Assembly (NCBI GenBank): GCA_937127265.1
Contig: CAKZLX010000594.1
Span: forward strand, 1 to 35,918
Direction of reading: 5' to 3'
From: an uncultured Pseudomonadota bacterium
GTDB taxonomy: Bacteria > Myxococcota_A > UBA796
DNA: 35,918 nt
Below the pieces are notes generated by a model. It was given only the letters and a program-made list of their open reading frames with translations, ran no database searches and had not been told where the DNA came from. A program made the translations under genes and the position numbers. Each line of letters starts with the position of its first letter. The stretch's first letter is position 1. This document shows positions 1 through 7,554 of the stretch, piece after piece.

Positions 1-838
1 CAATTCGTAAAGCCGAGGGATGCTCTCCGTAGTGTCTGGAGATTCCTGTATCAATGGCAAACAAGGTACCATCACAACGAGAATGAATCTGTCCGTCCCG
101 TTGTGTTGTATGGCCCATCACCATCCGACTGGCTCCCATCTGTTGGAGTACATATTTGGCTTCAGTGCAAGCCATTTCTTCGGTTTGTCTCCAATAGCCT
201 CGATACCAAAGTGGACCTTCACTACCCAATATATTGGATGCACCTTCTCCCAGTAAAGCCTTGCGAACCTCATCGGACAAGGTTTCAGCTGGTCTGGCAA
301 ACGCACGAGAAACCCCACCATGCACAAAAACAGTATCGCCAATTTGTAAGACGGCATCTTTTTGACGCAACCAACTGGCATACTGTCCGGTAGAAAAAGC
401 CACTTTACGCTGTTCCAGAGAACCAAAACTCAAAACGTCTTGTTGAGAAACATAGCGCCAATCACCCTGTAGGTTCATCACTTCATGGTTGCCCAACAAC
501 ACAATGAACTGACTGTTGTGTGACAGGGCTTGTTGTTCCAATTGTTGAATCCAATCCAACAGAGGTTTGCCATCAGGTCCTCTATCGGTCAAGTCCCCTG
601 TTTGAACCACGATGCTGTCTTTGAGTATCCACTGACCATCCATATCTGTAATGCCAGCAATCGCAAAGGATTTTTGAGCAGACTGTAAATCGGCGTGTAA
701 ATCCCCCACCGCGATAATCGGTTTGACAGATTGGGTTTCGGCATACCCTAGCAAGGGATTTAGCAGAGAAAAACACAGTAGAAAGACAAAAGCCAATGGA
801 TAGAATAGACACAAGGGGTATTTTTTGGATACAGTCAT
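1..838 (-). CDS. Secreted calcineurin-like metallophosphoesterase (partial; 3' end beyond left edge)
   Basis: Absent from the ORF track because it runs off the window. The minus-strand frame from ATG 838-836 reads MTVSKKYPLCLFYPLAFVFLLCFSLLNPLLGYAETQSVKPIIAVGDLHADL..GDLTDRGPD..VLLGNHEVMN..VFVHGG..MGHTTQ. These are the GDxH / GDxxDRG / GNHE / HGG / GH metallophosphoesterase motifs. The hydrophobic N-terminus looks like a signal peptide. Confidence 0.8.
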   Translation of the reverse strand, partial: MTVSKKYPLCLFYPLAFVFLLCFSLLNPLLGYAETQSVKPIIAVGDLHADLQSAQKSFAIAGITDMDGQWILKDSIVVQTGDLTDRGPDGKPLLDWIQQLEQQALSHNSQFIVLLGNHEVMNLQGDWRYVSQQDVLSFGSLEQRKVAFSTGQYASWLRQKDAVLQIGDTVFVHGGVSRAFARPAETLSDEVRKALLGEGASNILGSEGPLWYRGYWRQTEEMACTEAKYVLQQMGASRMVMGHTTQRDGQIHSRCDGTLFAIDTGISRHYGEHPSALRI

Positions 839-888
839 GTAGAACCTTAATTATGTTTGTACAACGAGTTGAAGTGAGAAATCGTATT

Positions 889-2241
889 ATGAATGACGCA
901 TTGCAGACCACAGCCGTTCAATGGGCAGCGCAACTCGAATCGGCGATCAAAGAACAACCCTTCATCACCAATTACGATATTAGCATCGAACTGTCTCAAC
1001 GTAAACAATTCAGCAATGGTCTGGATGCACGTAACAGATGGGGAAAAAGTTTACAGGCAGGTCAAGATACCCAGCACCGTTTTCAAATCCGAGCCTTTTT
1101 ACAAAATGGAATGTTCTCTTTCATCCAAGATGTTCGTCGTTTTGCCGATGGAGACCAAACACCACACAAAATCGTTGACCTGTTGGTCGATCCTCAAAAA
1201 CAGTTACCCAATCCCAATGGTTCTTCCTCTTACAAAAGCAATATCCACCAACTCAAGCCATTGGAAATCTTTGATCCTCGTTTTCCCCATATCGATGCCA
1301 CACTGCGCAAGGAGTTATTGCAAGAGCATTTCGATATGATCATCAACATGAATAAAAAATCACGTTTGCAAAGTGCCATCCTCACCGAAATTCAAATGAT
1401 GCGTCATGTTCGCAATCCCGTCAATGTACTATCGGAACAAAGTACATCTTTTGAATTACAGGGACAAGTAGCAACCGGAATACAACGAAGCGACTTCCGG
1501 ATTACCGCCAGACGATTTGCAGATTTGTGTACACACCCCTATGGTTGGAATGAATTTTACCTGCCTCCAGTGCCCAATAAAACGATCTCCTCGATCAACC
1601 CTGATTGGATGCTGATGCTCTCTCCACAAGTTGTGGCGGCGATTGTAGAAACTTTACCCCCAGCATTTGAATTGGAACGTCTTGAAAAAGGCAGCAGTTT
1701 CCTCTCGGGCAAACAAGGTACTGCGGTGGGATCGAAACGTATACACATCATTGACGATGCCACCATGCTTTCTGGGGTGAATTCAAGGAACTTCGATAGT
1801 CAAGGTGTTCTCTCTAAACCCCTAAACCTGATTGCTGACGGTGTCTTTCAAGACTTTTACATCCCCTTGGATTCGAATCGTACCTTGGAAGCCACTGGTC
1901 ACACCGATATGAACGGTCAATTGTGGGTCGGTAATCTGATGAGCCAAATGGGGCGTCGTTCCCAAAATATGGTTTTGGCAGACAAAGGAGAAGCCTTATT
2001 GGCAACCCATCTGGCTGATGCTGTCAATCTCAATATTGAAACTGGCATGATTCAGTTGCGCTTGCATGTCGCCCACCTCACTGCCAAAGGGTTTACCGGA
2101 AGTGTTGGAGTGCAAACGATTCATTGTCCAATCTTGGATATTTTTGCCCAAGTCAGTGAAACCGCCAATGACCAAAATCGCTATGGACACGTTGATGCCA
2201 GTACTTGGATTTTAGAGGATTGTCGGTTGTTGCAATCCTAA
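889..2241 (+). CDS. PmbA/TldD-family protein (no HExxxH seen, so PmbA-like)
   Basis: The C-terminal half (FDSQGVLSKPLNLIADGVFQDFY..EATGHTD..NMVLADKGEAL..ETGMIQL..TAKGF..) matches my recollection of the TldD/PmbA fold family. I moved the start from the track's 796 to ATG 889 (MNDALQ) because 796-838 would overlap the divergent upstream gene start. Confidence 0.55.
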   Translation: MNDALQTTAVQWAAQLESAIKEQPFITNYDISIELSQRKQFSNGLDARNRWGKSLQAGQDTQHRFQIRAFLQNGMFSFIQDVRRFADGDQTPHKIVDLLVDPQKQLPNPNGSSSYKSNIHQLKPLEIFDPRFPHIDATLRKELLQEHFDMIINMNKKSRLQSAILTEIQMMRHVRNPVNVLSEQSTSFELQGQVATGIQRSDFRITARRFADLCTHPYGWNEFYLPPVPNKTISSINPDWMLMLSPQVVAAIVETLPPAFELERLEKGSSFLSGKQGTAVGSKRIHIIDDATMLSGVNSRNFDSQGVLSKPLNLIADGVFQDFYIPLDSNRTLEATGHTDMNGQLWVGNLMSQMGRRSQNMVLADKGEALLATHLADAVNLNIETGMIQLRLHVAHLTAKGFTGSVGVQTIHCPILDIFAQVSETANDQNRYGHVDASTWILEDCRLLQS

Positions 2242-2249
2242 GCCCCGTT

Positions 2250-2435
2250 TCAGTCTGTTGACGTATCCTGTCTATCAGGGTTTACCACCACATTCGGATC
2301 ATCATCGCGTAGGGGTGCTAACGCCATTCGATCTGCTTGATCGTATTCATTTTGGCGAAACAGATACACAAAGAACAACACGGATAAGGTCACCAGACCC
2401 AAACTACAAAAAAGCAACAAGGGAACAATATTCAT
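2250..2435 (-). CDS. ccoS: cbb3 oxidase maturation protein CcoS/FixS
   Basis: A 61-aa single-TM protein, MNIVPLLLFCSLGLVTLSVLFFVYLFRQNEYDQADRMALAPLRDDD, with typical CcoS size and pattern. ATG 2435-2433 overlaps the ccoI TGA 2434-2432 (ATGA coupling). The track's longer start at 2465 would overlap ccoI. Confidence 0.8.
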   Translation of the reverse strand: MNIVPLLLFCSLGLVTLSVLFFVYLFRQNEYDQADRMALAPLRDDDPNVVVNPDRQDTSTD

Positions 2436-4726
2436 ACCTGCCTCAACATGTTTCGTTGTCTCCATAGGGTATACGATACCAACCCAATCGAAGACAAGGG
2501 CATCAATACCGCCGCCATCAATGGTGACATCTCACCAAAAAACGCTATCGTAATCACAATGACATTGTATACCAAGGCAAAGGCGAACACGCGCTTTTGG
2601 GTTTGTTCGGTATATCGCGCACCATGAATAGCCTGCCAAACACTGCGTAAATTGTCTCCTGTCAAATAGACATCCGCACGAGACAACAGTCCACCAAGAG
2701 CATTGGCAGGAGTGACCGAGATTCCACTTACATCAAACGCCGGAGCATCATTCAATCCATCCCCAACCATCATGGTCTGTTGGGGTTGATGAGCAAGGAT
2801 CCAGTTGGCTTTGTCCTCTGGAGAGAGACCACCTTGAAAAGAGATGTCGGGCAAATCAATCTGTGCTAGCAATTGTTGAACTTTGGTAGGGCTATCCCCA
2901 CTTAAAATAGACACCTCAATCCCCTGTTGGTTCAGTTGAGAGACGATGGCCTGCAGATTGCCACGCAGTTTCTCTTGGAAATGAAAGGTCGCCAAAACAG
3001 TTGTTCCTTGACGAAATTGGGTGTCACCCTTTGGATTTTTTTCGAGATGGTACGCCTGATATCGCAATCCCACTCCTGCCTCTTCGGTCAAGGCAAAGTC
3101 ATCTATCCACTGTGCTGCCCCTTGATACTCCAACATTTCAAAGATGGCACGACTTTTAGGGTGATGGCTGCGTGACACCATGTTGTAGAGAATCTTTCGG
3201 TCTGATTCAGACAAATGACCAGTTTGTATGGCTGCAATGTCTCCCATGGTTAGTGTTCCCGTCTTATCAAAGACAACTCGTTTCACCCCTGTAGCTTGAG
3301 CAAAAAACTTAGTGGTACGTACAAAGATGCCCTGTGCTTTAAGGTGTAATACCGCCAACTCTTTGGCTAGTGGCAAGGCAATCCCAAAAGCACATGGACA
3401 GGTCACAATCAACAGAGCCGTCATCACCGCCAATGCCCGATCGACCCCAGCCGAGTACCACCACAGAAACCCCAAACCGGAAATGGTAAACACCAGTGGA
3501 ACATACCAGCGTAGAATCGGCTGAAACCAACGAGGAATATCTTGGTGTTCGCCGCTTGGTGGGATAGTGAGCAGCTGTTTGAGTGTAGAATGTTCCCAAG
3601 TGTCTGTGGTGACAACCTCTATCGGATAAGCGGTGGCGTTTAAGGCACCTGCGGGTAAAGTACTTCCAGAAGCAAAAGGAATCAAATCACTTTCCCCGGT
3701 AATCCAAGCCAAATTCAACTGCACATCTTTGGTCGTGAACAAGGTTGAGGGGACTGGAATCACCCCACCCACTGGAATCATCAGTCGATCTCCTGTTTCA
3801 ATCTGTTGTACTGAAATTCGTTCTTGTTGTATTTCTTCTTCTGTGGATAGGATACGAACCATTCGCCAATCGACATCTTCTTCGTGCTGTTGTAACTGCT
3901 GGCGATTGTTTTCGATACTGCGAGTTTGAAAGAACCGTCCAAGCAACATCAAGGTGATGAAACTGTTCAGTGAATCCAAGTACATCTCTTGACCACCAGT
4001 GTGCAACATCAACACCACATTGCTCAACGAACTACTGATAATCCCCGCAGCAATCGGTAAGTCCAAGTGAAGCATCCCCTTGCGCAGAACACCAATGGAG
4101 GTTTTGAAAAATGGCCAACCACCAACGATCACATTGATTAGGGTCAACACCGATGAGACCATCCAGAAAGGTTGATACAGTTCACTCTCTGGCGTGAGTC
4201 CCATATAAAAAGAGATGTACATCAACATCACATTCATGGTGAGAGCAACGGACACCCCCACTCGCCACAATAGGGTTTGACTGACCCGTGGCAATTCTTT
4301 TTTGCGTGGTGTTGCCTGATACCCCAAAGATTCCATCTGTTTAAAATAATCGACTGGATTGAAACGTTGTGGGTCATAGCGCAGTGTCACCGAACCCATG
4401 GTTGGATTGATCAAAATCTCTTGACCACCCTCTTGTCGTTCAAACACTTCTTCCAACAACCAAACACAGGCCGAACAATGAATCCCATTGATGGAAACAT
4501 CCAAGCATCCACTGTCGACTTTCTCCTCTACCCACCCATAATCACCATCTGTTCGAACCTGAACCGGTGGCTTTTGTCCATCTGACAAATCATAAAAGCG
4601 ATTGAGACCCTCTTGATTCAGCAATTGATACACAGTTTCACAACCATGACAACAAAATCCTTCACCAATGGTGTGACTGCGATCTAGCGGTAATTGACAG
4701 TGTAAACATGTCTTGTGGGTACTCAC
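2432..4726 (-). CDS. ccoI: Copper-translocating P1B-type ATPase CcoI/FixI
   Basis: Contains the N-terminal CLHCQLP..FCCHGCETVYQLL metal-binding ribbon, an HMA-like INGIHCSAC, the CPC motif (VTCPCAFG), DKTGTLT and GDGLNDAP. Start placed at GTG 4726, preceded by AAGGAGG (plus-strand 4731-4737). The track's ATG 4804 would overlap the upstream gene by 52 nt. Confidence 0.9.
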   Translation of the reverse strand: MSTHKTCLHCQLPLDRSHTIGEGFCCHGCETVYQLLNQEGLNRFYDLSDGQKPPVQVRTDGDYGWVEEKVDSGCLDVSINGIHCSACVWLLEEVFERQEGGQEILINPTMGSVTLRYDPQRFNPVDYFKQMESLGYQATPRKKELPRVSQTLLWRVGVSVALTMNVMLMYISFYMGLTPESELYQPFWMVSSVLTLINVIVGGWPFFKTSIGVLRKGMLHLDLPIAAGIISSSLSNVVLMLHTGGQEMYLDSLNSFITLMLLGRFFQTRSIENNRQQLQQHEEDVDWRMVRILSTEEEIQQERISVQQIETGDRLMIPVGGVIPVPSTLFTTKDVQLNLAWITGESDLIPFASGSTLPAGALNATAYPIEVVTTDTWEHSTLKQLLTIPPSGEHQDIPRWFQPILRWYVPLVFTISGLGFLWWYSAGVDRALAVMTALLIVTCPCAFGIALPLAKELAVLHLKAQGIFVRTTKFFAQATGVKRVVFDKTGTLTMGDIAAIQTGHLSESDRKILYNMVSRSHHPKSRAIFEMLEYQGAAQWIDDFALTEEAGVGLRYQAYHLEKNPKGDTQFRQGTTVLATFHFQEKLRGNLQAIVSQLNQQGIEVSILSGDSPTKVQQLLAQIDLPDISFQGGLSPEDKANWILAHQPQQTMMVGDGLNDAPAFDVSGISVTPANALGGLLSRADVYLTGDNLRSVWQAIHGARYTEQTQKRVFAFALVYNVIVITIAFFGEMSPLMAAVLMPLSSIGLVSYTLWRQRNMLRQV

Positions 4727-4752
4727 ACTGCCTCCTTGGTTGATGACTGCGA

Positions 4753-5412
4753 TTAGTGATGATGATGCATAGCCATATCCGCCGGAACCGTCATCGCTTT
4801 CCATCCCACTTTGGCCAAAAAGAACAGGGCTATCAAAGACAATACCACTTGCAGACGCCGTTGGTTGACTGGAGAAATCTTAGAGAGTTGACTACGCACC
4901 AATTCCTGTCCCACCAACAAGGCTGGAGATGAGGCTATACCAAAAACCAGCATACTTCCCGCACCGGTCAACCAGTTGGGACTGGTCATCGCCAAGCCAA
5001 ATGCCATGTACAACAACCCACAAGGCAGGAAGACAGTTGCCAATCCCACACCCAAAGCACGGTATCGGGTTGGCCAACCGAGAACCACTGACTGCAAACG
5101 ATGAAACCATGCCTGTACAGTGGATACACCTGGCAAACGGTGAAAATTAACAAAGAGAGAGATCGCCAACACACCGGCCAATAACAACAGTACGACCCCC
5201 ATCATTTGACGACCCAACAAAGCGTGCAACTGTTTACCAAATAGTCCAAACAGTCCACCGACCACCGCATACCCCACCAAACGAGCCAGATGGTACTGTA
5301 CCAAATGCCAACGACTTTTTGCACCAACCAACAACACCAACGGTCCACACATCCCCACACAATGCAAGGAACCACCAAACCCCAATAGCAACGCAGGCAT
5401 CATCCATTCCAT
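4753..5412 (-). CDS. DsbD_2 / TauE-SafE-like polytopic membrane protein with C-terminal His4 tail
   Basis: Carries N-terminal GGSLHCVGMCGPLV and a later FLPCGLLY motif, about 6 hydrophobic segments, and ends ..DMAMHHHH. The start ATG overlaps the ccoG TAA by 1 nt (TAATG at 5410-5414). Confidence 0.7.
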   Translation of the reverse strand: MEWMMPALLLGFGGSLHCVGMCGPLVLLVGAKSRWHLVQYHLARLVGYAVVGGLFGLFGKQLHALLGRQMMGVVLLLLAGVLAISLFVNFHRLPGVSTVQAWFHRLQSVVLGWPTRYRALGVGLATVFLPCGLLYMAFGLAMTSPNWLTGAGSMLVFGIASSPALLVGQELVRSQLSKISPVNQRRLQVVLSLIALFFLAKVGWKAMTVPADMAMHHHH

Positions 5413-6833
5413 TACGGCACCTCGTTTTGGGCAGTTACGTTGGGTCCTAAGAATCGCAGGTCAACCACAATCGGGTCATCTTCTTGCATGATATGGAGAT
5501 GTAAAGTTTCATCTCCGGTGAATTGATCTTGGGGGATGCGCACAAAAATAGGAACCCGTAAGCCTTTACGTTTGTCCAAGTGTAGATTCTTTTGGGGTGC
5601 AATCAAGGTAAAGCCTTCGGGAAAGTCATCTTCAACCACCAAATCCACATCCGCAGAGCGCTTGTTTTCGATGTGTAATTCATAGGCATTTTGCACGACA
5701 TTGTCAGTGACTGAATAGGGTGTACCCGGTAAACGTAAAGCATTGATCGCCACACTGGTTGAGTTGAGAGCCACAAAAGTCAATGCGCCAATACCTGCCA
5801 ATCCTGCAAACAAATATAAAAACACCCGTGGTCGCCAAAAACGTTTTGGTTTGTGCTCCAAGCCATTCAAGGAGTCGAAGCGAATCAAACCAATCGGTTT
5901 GTTCTGTTTAATCATGATGGAGTCACAAGCATCAATACAGGCGGTACAACCAATACACTCGATCTGTAAACCATTGCGAATGTCGATCCCCGTTGGACAA
6001 ACCGCCACACATTTTCGACAATTGATACAGTCCCCAAACTTCTCAGTGCTGTTCTTTTTCGGTCGTCCTCTGGGTTCACCACGAATTGCGTCATAGCCGA
6101 CAACGTAAGTATCTTCATCGGTCAACAAACTTTGCATGCGGCCATAGGGACACAGCACCAAACACATCTGTTCACGGAACCAAGTGAAGTTTCCATAAAA
6201 AGCACCCGTCAAAAATAGCATCCACAAAAACACCTGCCAATGCTCAGCCGGACGGTGTTGTACCATTTCCCAGAGTTCTGGTAGACTGACAAAATAAGCC
6301 AACGTACAGTGTGCCAAGCCCAATGACCAGACAAAGAATACTGACCACTTGGCTATTTTTCGACGCCAATCATCAGCATTCCACTGACGAAAACCTTTGA
6401 GATCACGTCGACGACGCGCGGCTGGCTTCCCTTCAAAGAAAGCCTCCACCGGTCGATACAAAAACTCTAGCATCACAGTGTGAGGACAGGCAAAACCACA
6501 CCAAATTCGACCTGCAAATGCGCTCAACATAAAAAGAGAAAAGGCCGTTCCGGTAATCACAAAGAAGAGCATCCAAGTATCTTGGGCATTGAAACTTTGC
6601 CCAAAAAAGTGCAACCGTCGATGCAAAATGTCCATTTGGAAGGCTGGGTTACCGTTGATCTGAATCCAAGGTAGGTACAACCAAGTGCCCAAAAAGAACA
6701 GGTAAATCCACTGACGACGCGAAATCCACTTTCCTTTGACCTCAGTTGGGTGTATTGGAACTCGACCACCAGTGGCATCAATCGAGGCCAAATGGGCTAA
6801 GGGATCATCACTGTCATCTTTAATGGTTGGCAT
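5412..6833 (-). CDS. ccoG: cbb3 oxidase accessory 4Fe-4S protein CcoG/FixG
   Basis: Cys clusters CGFACP, CLVLCPYGR, CINCRKCVAVCP and CIGCTACIDACD, plus N-terminal TM segments and a C-terminal Ig-like tail. Sits in a cco operon context. Confidence 0.9.
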   Translation of the reverse strand: MPTIKDDSDDPLAHLASIDATGGRVPIHPTEVKGKWISRRQWIYLFFLGTWLYLPWIQINGNPAFQMDILHRRLHFFGQSFNAQDTWMLFFVITGTAFSLFMLSAFAGRIWCGFACPHTVMLEFLYRPVEAFFEGKPAARRRRDLKGFRQWNADDWRRKIAKWSVFFVWSLGLAHCTLAYFVSLPELWEMVQHRPAEHWQVFLWMLFLTGAFYGNFTWFREQMCLVLCPYGRMQSLLTDEDTYVVGYDAIRGEPRGRPKKNSTEKFGDCINCRKCVAVCPTGIDIRNGLQIECIGCTACIDACDSIMIKQNKPIGLIRFDSLNGLEHKPKRFWRPRVFLYLFAGLAGIGALTFVALNSTSVAINALRLPGTPYSVTDNVVQNAYELHIENKRSADVDLVVEDDFPEGFTLIAPQKNLHLDKRKGLRVPIFVRIPQDQFTGDETLHLHIMQEDDPIVVDLRFLGPNVTAQNEVP

Positions 6834-6862
6834 GGCTACATCCTCAGATTATGGTGTGGTGA

Positions 6863-7390
6863 TTACTTTTGGGCAGGTGGCATGGTCATGATGTACGCGG
6901 CAACTTGACTGACCTTCTCTTCGCCAATCATCGTCCCCCAAGCGGGCATTCCCTTCTCCAACCAGCCGTCTTTGACACTGGCAAAGATTTCCATTGGACT
7001 ACCGCCGTGCAACCATTCATCATCGGTGAGGTTGGGACCAATCAATCCTTCGCCCTGTTGTCCGTGACAAGCGGCACAGTTCATTTTGAACACTTCTTGA
7101 CCAGCAGCCACCGCGGTGGCATCATCGGTTAACTTTTCAATACGAGCATCGGTCCACTCCCCACGTTCAGCCGCCAATGCCGCCATTTTTGCATCGTAAG
7201 CCTCTTGTTCTATACGGTAGCGTTCTGCTGAACTGTTGCCGACAGTAAAGGTTTGGTAGTATCCCCAATAGCCAATCCCAAAGAAAATGGAGAGCCAAAG
7301 GGTCGTCAGCCACCAACGAGGCATGTAATTGTCGTATTCTTGAATACCATCATAGTTGTGATCGGTGGGAATATCTTGTTGTGTACTCAT
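6863..7390 (-). CDS. ccoP: cbb3 oxidase subunit III CcoP, short monohaem form
   Basis: Has the N-terminal FixP_N-like HNYDGIQEYDNYMPRWW followed by a TM segment. It has a single CxxCH (CAACH, plus-strand 7064-7078) in 175 aa. AGGAG lies upstream of the ATG. Confidence 0.8.
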   Translation of the reverse strand: MSTQQDIPTDHNYDGIQEYDNYMPRWWLTTLWLSIFFGIGYWGYYQTFTVGNSSAERYRIEQEAYDAKMAALAAERGEWTDARIEKLTDDATAVAAGQEVFKMNCAACHGQQGEGLIGPNLTDDEWLHGGSPMEIFASVKDGWLEKGMPAWGTMIGEEKVSQVAAYIMTMPPAQK

Positions 7391-7398
7391 GTCCGCTC

Positions 7399-7554
7399 CT
7401 AGTCATCCAAGGGAAGGTTTTCAATGTGATTGTAGGCATCCTGCTTTCTGGTAAACACCCAAATGATAGCACCCAGAAAAATCAGCAGGAAAATGGCAGT
7501 GGGCAGTCCCGCGGCGATCAGATGTTCAGTTTGATCCAAAAACTGTTTCTTCAT
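7399..7554 (-). CDS. ccoQ: Small single-TM protein, probable CcoQ/FixQ
   Basis: Hand-translated: MKKQFLDQTEHLIAAGLPTAIFLLIFLGAIIWVFTRKQDAYNHIENLPLDD (51 aa). It is below the ORF-track length cutoff. ATG 7554-7552 overlaps the ccoNO TGA 7553-7551 (ATGA). The position between ccoO and ccoP is canonical for ccoQ. Confidence 0.6.
   Translation of the reverse strand: MKKQFLDQTEHLIAAGLPTAIFLLIFLGAIIWVFTRKQDAYNHIENLPLDD

Noticed and set aside
796-888. The 5' extension of the PmbA-like ORF (MDRIDTRGIFWIQSCRTLIMFVQRVEVRNRI).
   Set aside because: It overlaps the first 43 nt of the divergent metallophosphoesterase gene and has no SD. The internal ATG at 889 is more plausible.
103-911. ORFs 103-393 (+), 118-426 (-), 582-911 (-) and 20-256 (+).
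   Set aside because: They are out-of-frame or antisense shadows inside the metallophosphoesterase gene. That gene's own frame shows all the catalytic motifs.
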